A stretch of DNA of 64,000 bases from Eledone cirrhosa (GCA_964016885.1 OZ024743.1:42966001-43030000), one strand, 5' to 3'; counted from the stretch's first letter, positions 26,293 through 40,341 are shown. Numbers and translations: made by a program. Notes: generated by a model not told the origin, from the sequence alone.

Positions 26293-29200
26293 TAAATATG
26301 TGGATTGTTTTAAAACTATCACAAACTATGGTATATTTTCTATTAGATACACATATGTGACCAATGTTGCAAGTCATGTTTTACTTGTACAATAATTGTA
26401 CAATAAAAACTTGTACAATAATCTATCAGTTAACTTTATGTTACAAATACGACATATTGTTACACAATAAAATGTGGTATGTCCTCTAGACGCACGGACA
26501 GCGCTATCATTATGTCGAACAATACTTCCACCTAGAACGCAAATATCAGGGAAGTGAATTACTGAAGGTTTACAGTTGTAGACAAATTTGTATAATTAAA
26601 TAAAATATATAAACATTTGTTGTGATTTATAAATGCATCTTTAAAATATCTTCTGTAGCGCTTAGGAAAGAAATATCTTAGCGATGGAGATGGTTGTATG
26701 GAATTATGACCACTAACATGATTTCACCATGTGCACATATAGAAAAGGTGCGCTCCTTGAAGAATTAAGACAGTGCTTCTAAAAAATTTAGATTCTTACT
26801 TTAGATGTGGGAAAGATTTTTACATGCTGAATAATTTTTTAAAATCAGAATTATAGTGAGTACTTTTGCATTTTATACAGCAGTCACTCGCAACTAAGGA
26901 TTAAATCAAGGGCACTCTGTATATCAGAGGAATGATGGTGATAAACGGATGCCAGGCAGGAACCCTGATGTAAGGAGTGAGAAAAACACGGTTTAATTTA
27001 CAAAATTTCTCTTCGTTGACGAGTAGTAAACATTTAATTAGCATTTACATCTGATCAATTGGAAAGATGTGATATCGTCGAAGTCTTAATCGATTGAAAT
27101 TAGAATTACCCATCCTGAGGTGGAGGAAATCACATTAAAAGATGTGATAGTATTGAATTAATATGTTAAATTTTGTAGTCATTGATATACTTATCACTGT
27201 ACACATTAACACATTTATGTTTGTGGTTTCTAAAATGTGATTAAGTAGAAATCATTCCAGTGATTCAAATGAAACGTGCCAACAATCTTACTTAAAATGA
27301 ATAAAATATTAAAGAATACTACACGTTTACATTATTTTTACTTTCCTTTTCCTAAACTTAAAAAAACTAATACCTCTTTGTATAGGCAACATTCAGCTTT
27401 CTAGTCATTGCTAATTCGATTTAATATGGCTTCCGTTCCTATTGCAGAAACTGTAATGACAATACTGAAGACACAAATATATGTTAACTTAAGAAAGCCG
27501 ATATCGTAAATGGTTTAAGATAACATCTTCGGTATTTTAGGTGACATTGAGAGAATGATGTAAATAGAAATCTTGTTAGTCGCTGAACAAATAATATCGT
27601 TGAATAATTCTTGATTCACTATCAGATGTCCGTGGACAGTGATGTGATAATATACTATTTATCCATGTGCTGCTTGCTATATCTTAGCACAATATAAATG
27701 CAATTTTTTTTACACGTTTTGCATTACGATAGAAATAACTTTTATATAATCTTCAATCAGTAGGAAAAAATCATCCAAATCTTTGATAAATCCTACCGTA
27801 TATTACAAAAGTAGGGCGTAGATTTTGAATAATCTAAATGTATACCTGTAATGCATTATGACTAATTTTAATGAGACTGGAAAGACAGCTCTGGTGATTT
27901 TCTCTCTTCCGTAAGCATAAATAAAACACTGTATTTGCCTTACTGCCAGATTAATGTATCATTGCACAGGTACAAACTAACCAAATATTTCATGGAAGTA
28001 TCAGCAAATATTATTAGCATGGCTGTCTTATTCTTGAATCTTTTCATGCGTGGTCATAATAGTCAATGTCTGTTTTGGTTAGAGAAACATATTGCGTGTG
28101 CATGTATATTATCTATGTTGCTGCATGTGATTATTCGTAAATTTAAGTTCAAGTTATACACAGCGATGGCATTTAATTATTTGGCCTCATATGAGGTAAT
28201 AATGTTGATTGAATACTTTATGTCACTTTAATGTAAAACAATGAATTATGTATGTCTTATGACAGCATCGATGACCATTTACGTGCCCGACAGACGCATT
28301 AGTGGTAGAAACGACCGGGAACATATGTTGTCTCGTACAATGCAACATCTGAACTCCCAAAAAGCAGTTCTCCTGATATTACTAAACGACGTGATACATT
28401 AGGCCTCGTAAGGTATATTATATCCACCTGCATTTATTAACAAATATCGGATTCAGACTGTTTCGTGATAAGCAGTGTAGTACAATGAAAAAGCGGGAAT
28501 ATATTAATACATACATATTGCCTCCTTGGAATAATAAATATGAAACAAAATGCTGAGATTTGAACAACCCCGGCCTCAGTAAAACAACAACAAGGATTGC
28601 AATTGAGTATCCGATAACGGAGGCAGATTTGCAGCAAACGTTATATCCAAATTTAATTTTCCGCCAACTCTTTTTATCCGGATATAATTATTGGTCGGCC
28701 ATTGAATTTGCTGCCTTCCACTAGATGATATTATTCAGGTTGGGAAATTATCGTGTTCTATAAAATAAGTTTTTAAACATTTACGCCTTCAGATTATTAG
28801 TGCCGAAGTAAAAGGAAGGTTTTTCCCACTTCATAATATAATTTGCTTAATTCTATGTAGTCAAGAAAAGCCGAATAATCTGGCATAGTTCTGGATACAA
28901 AAGTACCAGAAAATCATTGTTGTGCTTTTACTTATTTCATTTCCAGTATCCTTTAAGATACAACATAATTGTGTGATGTCTTCCTAATATGTTTGTAGTA
29001 GTTGCTTATTGCTTACTCACCCTATAAAAAGTATAAAATTCTATTCAAATGATATTTTTTATTAATATGAGTTACTCTGTTTTAATACGTTTCTTTATTT
29101 GTTTTTTTTTGTTGTTCATGCGAGCAGTTTTATTTAACACTTTTCAACTGTATATGTTATTAGGCATGTTGAAAGGATATAAAAGATATGAGACTAAGTT

Positions 29201-29831
29201 ATGATGAAAGTCTTTGATCATAGTTTACTATTCATATGTAAACTGATGCAGGTGTTCAACTACTTACACTTTATGAAATTTTAATGCAGAAATACGTGTT
29301 ACTACATCCTCTAATGACGATGAGGAAAATATACCTTAATTAACCTAGCGAGAGAGAAAATAAGAAATGAGGAAGAAATAAAAATACACACATGAATACA
29401 TACACACATACATAATACATGCGTACATATATACATACATATATATATAAGACATGCATACATACATACGTGCATATATACATAGATACATACATACATA
29501 CATATACATACATGGCGGTCTGGGAGCGTAGGAGTAATAATATGTTCCATTCTCCATTTGTTTGTTTTCTTTATCACTTCTCAAAATTTCAAGATCATCT
29601 TTGTATGTAAAATGATTCAAGATATGATTAAATTTGAAACAAAAATTTAAAAACGTAAACATACACACCTGCGCACACACATAAAACACATACACACACG
29701 AACAGGCACACACACACACAAACTCACATATATATATATATATATAAATAAGTTATTCCGGGTTGAATCGGAGGTAACCACAGTAAGTAAGGTACTCAAT
29801 ACATAGCAGCGTATAAATGTTTTAATATAGA

Positions 29832-29886
29832 AGAGCTTCTACAGGACTAGAACTGTTTCATTCGTGAGAAATCATCAGGAATCTCT
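29832..29886 (-). ncRNA. Type I hammerhead ribozyme motif in a solo pLTR-like fragment (~29745-29895)
   Basis: Minus strand: agagattc CTGATGA tttctcacgaat GAAA CAG ttctagtc CTG TA gaagctct. Stems I-III pair and the cleavage triplet is GUA. Confidence 0.8.
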
Positions 29887-30181
29887 CTGATGATTATATA
29901 TATATTTATTTATATATAGGGAAAAAAAAAACACAATTTCATTTCCCACTCTTAGTACGGCTGTTACTTAAATATAAGTATGTATACGTACATACATATA
30001 TGTATACAGACGTACAGTCGTATGTATATATATATGCATACATGCACACATATATATATATGTACGTATGGATTCACCGAACATTTATTATAATGCTCGG
30101 TGTGTTTGTAAACAAAAATCCGGTATTAAGCCGTAATGTCTAGCAACCATCGTTGCTCGTTTGTTCAACACTGACAAAGGA

Positions 30182-30224
30182 ACGCTGTACTAGTTTCAAG
30201 CTTATTAGCTATCGTCAGCAACGT
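30182..30224 (-). ncRNA. Minimal type I hammerhead motif (mirror copy)
   Basis: Reverse complement of 30537-30579. Confidence 0.8.
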
Positions 30225-30536
30225 ATACGTTCCTGCCAGATTATTGAGCGTCTGAAAGTATATACTTTCCTTATGCATATTAAAGGATGAGCAGCCGGAA
30301 AAATTGAAACGAAATTTCGGTGCCCCCGGCCGATTAACCCACTCGTTACATACTAATTTTTAAGTAAGAGCCGTACTAAGAGTGGGAAATGAAATTTCGT
30401 TTCATTTTTTCCGTTTATCGTTTTCGGTGCACCCGGCCGATTAACCCACTCGATATACAAATCAGGCTGCTCATCCTTTAATATGCATAAGGAAAGTATA
30501 TACTTTCAGACGTTCAATAATCTGGTAGGAAGGTAT

Positions 30537-30579
30537 ACGTTGCTGACGATAGCTAATAAGCTTGAAACTAGTACAGCGT
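30537..30579 (+). ncRNA. Minimal type I hammerhead motif
   Basis: acgttg CTGACGA t-agct-aata-agct-t GAAAC ta GTA cagcgt; helix III is the palindrome ACTAGT. Confidence 0.82.
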
Positions 30580-31119
30580 TCCTTTGTCAGTGTTGAACAA
30601 ACGAGCAACGATGGTTGCTAGACACTACGGCCTAATACGGGATGTTTGTTTACAAACACACCGAGCATTATAATAAATGTTCGGTGAATCCATACGTACA
30701 TATATATATGTGTACATGTATGTATATATATATACATACTACTGTATGTCTGTATACATATATGTATGTAAGTATACATACTTTTATTTATATATATATA
30801 TTCGTTCCAACGCACAAACATCGTAAAAGAATAGCTGGGAAAAATAAGCCAAAATTATTGCCACGTGAAAATGATATAGAAAGTAGAAACTGTATAGTTA
30901 ACATACGTGCCATAGTCAGTCACGACATTTCAAGAAATACAAATTCCATCAAACAGGGGTTAATGATGTTATAGGGAAGCTTTTTTTTTTTTTGCCTTCC
31001 ATCGTGCATTAAGTTAATGGCGTACTAACTCTCGAATCGTTATATTGAATTTATTAACAGTTAATGGCTGGTTATCTCTAGTATGATGTTAATGCCCACT
31101 TTTTCGTTGTCATATATAA

Positions 31120-31304
31120 GGGCAGTGGATTGGCATATCGGCAGAGGGTCGGCCATTTATGATCTGAGTTCAAATCCCGCCGAGGTTAACTTTACCTTTC
31201 ATTCTACGGAGTCGGTAAAATAAAGTACCAGTAACGCACTGGGGTTGATTTAATCGACTTTGCCCTCTTCCTAAATTGCTGGCCTTGTGCCTATATAAGA
31301 AACC
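31120..31304 (+). mobile_element. tRNA-derived SINE
   Basis: GGCAGTGGATTGGCA..., GAGTTCAAATCCCGCCGAGG, AAAGTACCAG, GGCCTTGTGCC. Confidence 0.88.
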
Positions 31305-31603
31305 ATATATACTAGAGGTGGGGAACCTTTTTACCATTAGAGGCCTCATTTAAATTAGGCAGTAATAAAGGAGGCCGCATAAGTTGATATACCTATAAAT
31401 GCGACTTTTGTGAAATTATTATAGTTTTTGTATAGTTTTATAGCCATTTATTTATTATTTAAGATAAAAAGTTACAATATAAAATATTTTTTGTATTGAC
31501 ATAATTATAAAGAAATACAATAGAAAAATAATAATATTAAGTTAAAAAAACTAACATAGCAACAATACGTAAAATAATTTTATAATCCGATGGAAAATTC
31601 AAG

Positions 31604-33373
31604 TTAGTGGGATATTTGCATTTGTTTCTTGATTGAAAGTAATTGAATATTTGGATCAAGCTTCGTAACGCGCAGCCTTAATTAATCCTCTAAATGAGCA
31701 TCTGTGGTTTGCGTTCTTAAAGTAGTTTTAATTTTTGCCACCAGAGAAAATGTTTTCTCGCAGCAGTAAGTACTTCCAAAGTAGGAAAGTAAACGGCGTG
31801 CATGCTCTCGTAGCCGTGGATATTCAACAGCATTTGACCAGATTTCTATGGGATGCTTTTTAGCGTCAAAAAGGGATTTGAGGATACTATCTTCCCCCAA
31901 CTCAAATAACTCAACTTGTAGTTCCGTAGGACCCTCGGATATATCTACTAAACGTGGTACAAATACCAGTTTCATATCAGGTGTGTGTTCGCCAAAATCT
32001 GAAAATCTTGCAGTATATTCTTCTATTAAAGTATCCAAGACACCTACATATTCATCGAATATTTTATTTTCACATTTCTACTCATTCGACACTTTTGCTA
32101 GCTCCGGGAAGTGTTCTGCGGATATATCCGAGCGAGAGAGTAATGTTTTGAAAAATGTTTATTTTTTCCGAAACGCTTGGATCTTTTGCCACATTTCATA
32201 TATATGCTTCGTTTTACCTTGCAGGCAAATATTTAAATTTTTTTGTTTTGTCATGATATCAGACAAAAATGCGATGTTTCTGCAAAGTGTTTCATCTGAT
32301 AGATCACAAAGTTTTCCTTGTTCTTGATGAAAGTATAAAATTTGTCGTCGTAAATTTAAAACTTTTATCAAAACCTGTCCTGTTGATAGCCAGCGAACCT
32401 TGCAGTAGTACGGTAGATCAACACTGTACGTTTCCTCGTCTAGCATTTGCCTAAATTCACGATGACGCATTGCATTAACGCGATTATGGTTGGCAAAATG
32501 GTGGATTTTAAGCAAAGATTTTGCTGATGCAAAATGTAGTGAAATGGTATCAATCTTTTCAAGTTTAAGTTTTCCCTTTTTAATACAGCAACGAATCTTT
32601 CTTTCTTACCTTTCATAGAGGGTGCGCCATCAGTGAAGGCACTGACTAAATTATTAACATTTAATTGTAATCGATGACATACCTCTCTGAAGTTTTCGAA
32701 AATGTCAACTCCGCGTGTTCTTTCAGTTAGTGTTCCCAGCGCAAGAAGTTCTTCGGAACACTGAAAATCTTTACTTACAGCACGAATAAAATATAAAACT
32801 TGCGCCAAGTCAGTTTTATCAGAGCTTTCACCAAAGCAATTGAAAATTAAACATCTTCATTTTGTATAATTGTACGAAGTTGCTCTGTTACATTTTGAGC
32901 TAATTCGTGCTGTCGATCTGTTATAGTTCTTCTTGAAAGAGACAAATTGTTTGTATTTATCAACTTTTTCTGGATCTAACATACCCGCTGCTTCAACAAT
33001 ACCTTCATTAATTATTTCTACGTCACTAAATGGTTTGTCTCTTTTTACAAGTATATGTGCTATTTTGTAAGTAACATCAACTGCAGTGGAATTATTTTTC
33101 ACAAAAGCACTAAAAGACGTCTGTTGACGCTTTTCATTTTACAATTTTTGAAGTGCAGCTTGTCGAGATTCACCATCTAAATTGAAATATGTATGTTCTT
33201 TATGAGTCAAATAGTGTTTATTTGCATTCGCTTTTTTCAAAGCAGTTAAAACTATATTGCACAACGAACACACCATTTTATCTTTCACAGGAGTAAAGAA
33301 AAAAATCTAACTCCTACTGTACATTAAATGTTCTGTTTTCTTCATTTACGTTTCTTCTCTTACAATTTGACAT
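31604..33373 (-). pseudogene. hAT transposase, disrupted
   Basis: MSNCKRRNVNEENRTFN start, KPFSD, TDGAPSM, H.ILHQQNLC, VRWLS.G, LQGK, FGSTYCCEKTFS; multiple stops and frameshifts. Confidence 0.92.
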
Positions 33374-33465
33374 GATGAAGTAAAAACAAATATCAAATAA
33401 TATCTTTAAGAAAGCGTATACTTGCTAGCAATACAATAACACCATGCACTAGTATAAACCACAAA

Positions 33466-34133
33466 TCTATATTATATATTAAACAGTTTGGAGAATAATT
33501 TATTTGTGAAGACGGTCGTGTACACAAAAAATTAGTAAAGATTGGTAAAAAAAATTCACGATTTTGATTGGTCAGTTAATGCTTTAAAATGGCTTCCCTT
33601 TTTACTCTTTTTCCCGGTAAGTATATGAATGTCTCCTTTATGTTTTGTATAAATGAATTCCAAACAAATTATGTTATTTGTAGTAAAAAAAATGATGTCT
33701 TTTGTAGTTTTTGATTTATTTGTTGCTATGTTGCTGTTACACTGCTCTTTACTTTTTCTAGACTACAATTACCTGTCCGACTGGCATTTGCATTGACTGA
33801 CAACAAATCGCAATGTCAAACTCTTAGCAAAATTGGCATCTATCTCCCAACCCCTTTTTTTACACATGGCCAATTATATGTTACTTTATCAAGGACACGA
33901 AATGGACCATCATCTATTATAACTATGTCTAGAAAAGAACGAAGCGTAGTCCATGATTCTGTTTTTCAAAATTCATAATTTTTCATATTTTACATTTATA
34001 TAATACTATATGTGTGTATTTTAATTTTGATACAATAAATTGGTCTTTAATTGGTTAATTTAACCAATCAATATCTCTTTGATTTTTAACAATAGTTTTA
34101 TTCATCGCGCACAAAGAGCGGGTAACTTACTCG
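33466..34133 (+). mobile_element. Non-autonomous Helitron nested in the hAT element
   Basis: Inserted between A and T. Starts TCTATATTATATATTAAA and ends with an imperfect GC-rich hairpin (CGCGCACAAAGAGCG) plus CTCG. Carries the PIF1 helicase C-terminus. Confidence 0.85.
33762..33978 (+). pseudogene. Helitron RepHel last exon (PIF1 helicase motifs V-VI)
   Basis: LQLPVRLAFALTDNKSQCQTLSKIGIYLPTPFFTHGQLYVTLSR, preceded by a polypyrimidine-AG acceptor at 33761. Confidence 0.88.
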
Positions 34134-35330
34134 TTAATTAAAACAATAATAACTAAATTTTCACAATGGCCGGTAGCAATACGAGACGAGACTGTCACAA
34201 GCACATTACAAGATTGACAAATGACAAGTCACAAGCGTCTTTTTTAGAACAGCCAATTGTAGAACGCCACCTGGCATTCTACAATTGGCTATTACCACCA
34301 GTAGTCACTAACATTTACATTCATACCGTTCTTATTTAATTCCATTAATTTTGAAATTGTCGTAATCTAAATGATAAATTATTAATTAATACAAGAGCTA
34401 GCTTTTATGAAGGCTGCACAAGAAACTCACGGAGGCCGCAGGTTCCCCACGTCTGATATATACTATATCGTTGTACATATATACCAACGTATCTTAAGCT
34501 ACGCTGTTGTGTTATTTACGTAGAAGTACGTTTCAATTATGTGTCCACATCTGTAGTTCTGTGTATAATCTTTCCTTCCTGTGTTTTCTTTTATTTTCTT
34601 ATCAAGACTGATAAAGAGGAAATTTGTTCAAATATATTCCAGGTTTGATCCCCCATCTATTTTTCACATAACTACTAAGGTGAAATGATGGCAAGTATCC
34701 CACCTCCTTGAATCTTATGCTGATGACATGTAAATCACTCACTGTTCAGATGGCTGCCTGTGGCCGTGAATTTATATTGATTCTCGTCTTCTCATACCTA
34801 TTTGCCTCATGTTTTGTATAGGCTGAAATAAAAAGAAAAACAACATATCGCTAACAGGACACATTATGGTTAACGCTGCCAAATAATACTATTTTAATTA
34901 TGATGAATTGGTATTTTTGTATTAGATCAACATGTCCTTCAACAAATTAAAGCTGTAGACAGCGCACATGATATTTATGTATATTTATATATGTGGATAA
35001 ACCCAGGTAAAGAAACTTGACATTATTTCCAAATTTAGTGATACACTCAGAGCTAATCTGCCTAAGAAATATATCAGGAGAATTAAATTCAAAAAAATTT
35101 ACAAAACTATACAATCTACTCAATACACATTTTGTTGAATATTCTGTATATTATGAATTCTAAAATTGATGTGAAAATAATTATAAAATATTCTAAACAC
35201 AATATCATTTGGAGTGAACAATCCAATCATTGCCAAAGCTAAAAAAGATATTTCATTAAACTCGAAGTAAACTTTTCCTGATTTCTTTAACATATCACAC
35301 CACAACTGATAGAAAGCGCATGACAATACT

Positions 35331-35947
<617 letters not shown>

Positions 35948-36537
35948 GCTTAGGGATGTAGGTATAAATGGAAATACATAAATTAACTATAACAATTAGA
36001 AATAAAGCTTTATCATTAGAGTTATTTTAATCAGGAGTTTCATTGGATCTCAGCTTCATATCCAATTACATTTATTTTTCATTTGCATGTTTTATCTTAC
36101 ATCCATATATCATTTATTGAATCAATTTTGAATAATTTTCTGAATTCAAAGTAATTAACATATAAGTTCCAGGATGTTATATACTACTCACTCTTAACAT
36201 GTTATACTACAAATCCGCTTTCTTATTTACAGACCAAACAATAAACAATGGACCTCACCACCATAACTGCTCATTAAAAGCACCATCATCAACAAAATGA
36301 ACAGTATGACCGCCGTAATCTTATTATATGACGAGTATCAACATACCAATCATCAACATATTACCGGTCTGTCTACATTACGTCGTTATTCAACTATATA
36401 GGATCCACAATTGAATCCCGGAATCTCTGAACACTAACTTCATAGTTATATTGCATATTTAACGTCCAGATTCATGTAATTAACAGAAGCTGTTAATTAG
36501 GCACCTCCTTTCATATCTTCATTTCAAGATTATTGTC

Positions 36538-36676
36538 AATCCCGCAGAGGTTAGCTTTGCATTTCATCCTTACGGAGGTCGGCAAATTAAAGTACCAGTA
36601 ACGTGCTTGGGTCGATTTAATTGACTTTCCCTCCAAGAAAATGATTGGCCTTGAGTCTAAATCAGAGACCACTATT
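36538..36676 (+). mobile_element. 5'-truncated SINE, same family
   Basis: AATCCCGCAGAGG...TTTCATCCTTACGG...AAAGTACCAGTAACG...TGGCCTTG. Confidence 0.8.
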
Positions 36677-37149
36677 TCGGGACAATTGATCCAACATTTT
36701 GTCTTGTTTGCTTGTTTGTATTTAATTTCATTCGCGAAAAGATTTGATTGTTGTTGTGATTTCTATGTATAATTATTTACTGTAACTTGATGTAGTTATG
36801 TAAAGTTGTAAATCGGCTGACTCAATCCATATGTTTTCATTCATTTTCAAATAAATGACAGACATCAAGTTAACTATGCAAATGAAAAGGCATACTGTAA
36901 TTGTTAGCTTAAAGGTATAGAATAGTGGGTTAGAGATTGCTTGCCTTCTGAAAGTCACACCATCATTTGTTTTCAAAGATGGTAAAGAGCTGGAAACAAA
37001 TGACGGGAATTCTACAGCAGTATCTAAATGTAAAGTGACTGCTAAGGGTCACAATGCCATCAAATGCCAGAATTTTATAGAAACATGCAGTAAATTGTCG
37101 ATAAGAAACTCATAATATCAATTAACGTGTTATGAAAAAAAACTCAAGG

Positions 37150-37530
37150 CTTCAATTCAAAGTAAACTATCGGAAGAATTGTGTATAAGGACCTGTGATA
37201 CAAGTCATATGGGATGCAGAAAGGTCAGCTCATGTTTGCGAAGACACACGATTATCACGTGTTCCGCACAAATCGCTTGTTTAGCAAGTTGAATCAAGAC
37301 GCTAGAATTCTTTGGTATCTTTCTGAGAAAAACCTCGTACAGGAAGAAAGGGTCAGCAAAAGGAATGATAGATGGTTATGTAGAAATCCTAATACCATTC
37401 CATCCGTTATGCACACAAGGTTTTGGGCAACTGTGATTGTTCTTGGAGTCATAGCGGATGTCAAACGCCCTCCAATGTTTCCACGATCCGTAAGGGTTAC
37501 ACCAAATATATAGCCACCATGTTATCAAAA
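37150..37530 (+). pseudogene. Tc1/mariner-superfamily (maT/DD37D-like) transposase relic
   Basis: LSEKNL...KRNDRWL...PSVMHTRFWATVIVLGVI resembles FSDEK.F...QNDRW...TK.PA.VMV.G.I; no TIRs found. Confidence 0.6.
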
Positions 37531-38162
37531 CCTGAATCACATGTATATGCATAATCATTAAATGTGCTTATGCGCAATAAGGTATTGGCATTAGGTTTGT
37601 GTGAGTGTTTGCTATGTTTTACTCAGCTGTAGAAATGAGATGATAGGACTCGGGTCCCTAACATTAAATCACCCATGACACCTCCAACGAGATATACTTT
37701 GGAGAAGCCAGCTAAATCGCCATAGGTGTGAACTGTAACAACAATGCTATGTGTAGGCGTGAGATATGGCATTCGACGAAATAATGTGTTAAGTAGCAAT
37801 ACGCTGTACGTTACTTGTTTTGCTGTTCCGTTTCCCTCTATATCGTATTTTATAAATACACAGAATATAAACATTATCAATCCTAAATAGTATAAACAGG
37901 AATAGTTTCTATATATTTATTTCGAACATTTCGAAATTACATACGTCATTTTCTATGTTTATTTCTATACATTCTCTTTAATCACATTGATATTTCTAAA
38001 CTCTAATTGGATATTGTATTTAGTAGTGTCGTTCTATAACGTCTCGTTGCACACACTCGAAAAGGAAAACAAGTTAAACAATTAATTAAAATACTATAGA
38101 CTCACATACATACAAATACACAGAAGTCCATACAAACATGTCTACTTATAAACACACACACA

Positions 38163-38331
<169 letters not shown>

Positions 38332-38399
38332 ATATATAAATATACATATATATATATATATATAAATATATATAATGTATAAAAATCAATACAATATAA

Positions 38400-38475
38400 T
38401 TACCTCATTACCAGAGGTTTCCCGAATGAAGCGAATACGAAAGAAACGTCTTCATTCGTTCGTCAGACGAGGCAA
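38400..38475 (-). ncRNA. Type I hammerhead ribozyme motif
   Basis: Reverse complement of 41415-41490. Confidence 0.85.
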
Positions 38476-39244
38476 TATAAAACATGGGTAAATACTTGGA
38501 AAGTCTTGTCAAGAAAATCAAAAAAAATATAGACAAATGAATAAGAAATTGAAATATATAATAATCTATCAAGAAATATAGTTAGGTGTGTGTATATATA
38601 TATATATACGCTCACAGATGTGGATATATGTGTATGCACACATGTATACGTATAGTGAAAAAGTGTGCGTAAATATAAAATTTAGGGCAAATGTATCTAT
38701 ATGTCTGTAATCAACAGACAGAATAGATACATCATAAGAAATTGAATATGAAGGCGCGCGCATAAACACACCTACACACACGTACACTTAGATGCGGAAG
38801 TAAAAGAGGTAAGGGAGTGTAATAATTAAAGGAAAGTATCAATCTCGATATATTTATAAAAATGGAACAATAAAATATAAAGAAAAAAGTTTTTAGAAAG
38901 AAAAAATTAAAGAAAAGAAGACAAAAAAGGGGTACATACATACACACACACGCATATCTCACAAAAGAAATGCAAAAATATACATGCTTATATACCCACG
39001 CACACTTACACATCCATACGTTCGATACGTACATACACACACACACAACACGCATACTTACACTCACGCATATTGACCTGTTTGCATGCACACGCATAAA
39101 AATGAGTAAGTAGAAAAAAGGGGGGGGGGGGGGCGAAGAAAAAAGGAACAAAAAGTAAAACCTAGATATCAAAACACGGATATAAAGACACATACACATA
39201 CGCATAATATATACATACACACACACACATACATATACACATTT

Positions 39245-39287
<43 letters not shown>

Positions 39288-39491
39288 GATAAATCTACCA
39301 AAAGTTTACGGTAGTGTCCAATCCGTATGAAGAACTCAATGTAATCCGGATATCATGAAAAGAAGAGATGCATTCAAAAATCACTTTCGGTGAAAGATAA
39401 ACGGAAAACAGAGTCAAGATAAATTATAAAAAAAAAAAAAAAAAAAAATGAATAAACAAAGAAACAGTTCCTTATATTAAACAAAAAAAGT

Positions 39492-39632
39492 TCATTATTT
39501 TACGATCGTTTCTAGGACATATATGTGTTAGAATTGGTATGCATATTCAAAAGATTTATGTACAAAATTATACAAACTATCAGAGGGAATATACATACCT
39601 TCACATAGATATGCTGTCTTCAGAAATAATGA
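39492..39632 (-). ncRNA. Type I hammerhead motif with extended stem II (mirror copy)
   Basis: tcattattt CTGAAGA [104 nt] GAAAC gatc GTA aaataatga; 9-bp stem I. Confidence 0.72.
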
Positions 39633-39768
39633 TTATTTCTGAAGACAGCATATATATGTGAAGGTATGTATATTCCCTCTGATAGTTTGTATAATTTTGT
39701 ACATAGATCTTTTGAATATGCATACCAATTCTAACACATATATGTCCTAGAAACGATCGTAAAATAAT
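39632..39768 (+). ncRNA. Type I hammerhead motif with extended stem II
   Basis: attattt CTGAAGA [104 nt] GAAAC gatc GTA aaataat; palindromic helix III ACGATCGT. Confidence 0.72.
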
Positions 39769-40341
39769 GAACTTTTTTTGTTTAATATAAGGAACTGTTT
39801 CTTTGTTTATTCATTATTTTTTATTTTATTTTTTTTTTAATAATTTATATATATATATATATATACATACACGCTCGCGCGCGCACATACGTAGTCGCTC
39901 ATGCACATATATAGAAAGTATACACACATTAAGGGGTTCGGCCATATTGATACAGGGTGTAAAAACTTGTGGATAAGTAAGTACAAATATAAAATTGTAA
40001 GATTGGCTGCGCAAAAATAAAAAATAAAAATGAAAAATATATCTGGATTGGAAAACACAAATGACAGCGTAATCAGTTAGTGAAGGAAAAAGGGAAGTAA
40101 AAAGGGGAAGTAAAAAATGGAAAGTGAATCGGAGAATAGGGGGGGGGGGTATTGGTGGATGTGAAGTAAAAATAAAAATAAAAATAAAAATAAAAATAAA
40201 AATAAAAATAAAAATAAAAATAAAAATAAAAATAAAAATAAAAATAAAAATAAAAATAAAAATAAAAATAAATGAAATTAATGACAAGGATAAAAATGAA
40301 AGTAAGTCAGAAAGGGTAATTAAAAAGAGAATAATAAGAGT

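Larger units (their letters stand above)
29920..30790. mobile_element. Inverted pair of ~380-430 bp hammerhead-containing units (retrozyme/pLTR-like)
   Basis: Arms ~29975-30296 and ~30464-30785 are reverse complements; 29935-29972 also mirrors 30358-30396. Flanked by TA tracts. Confidence 0.8.
31313..34455 (-). mobile_element. hAT DNA transposon (Charlie/SPIN/GTF2IRD2-like)
   Basis: TIRs TAGAGGTGGGGAACCT (31313-31328) and AGGTTCCCCACGTCTG (34440-34455), 14/16 matching. Perfect 8-bp TSD ATATATAC (31305-31312, 34456-34463). Confidence 0.95.
39447..39815. repeat. Near-perfect palindrome, 184-bp arms, 1-nt spacer (39631)
   Basis: The arms mirror each other with two mismatches seen. Lies in a ~560-bp insert between TA tracts (39284-39846). 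Confidence 0.95.
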
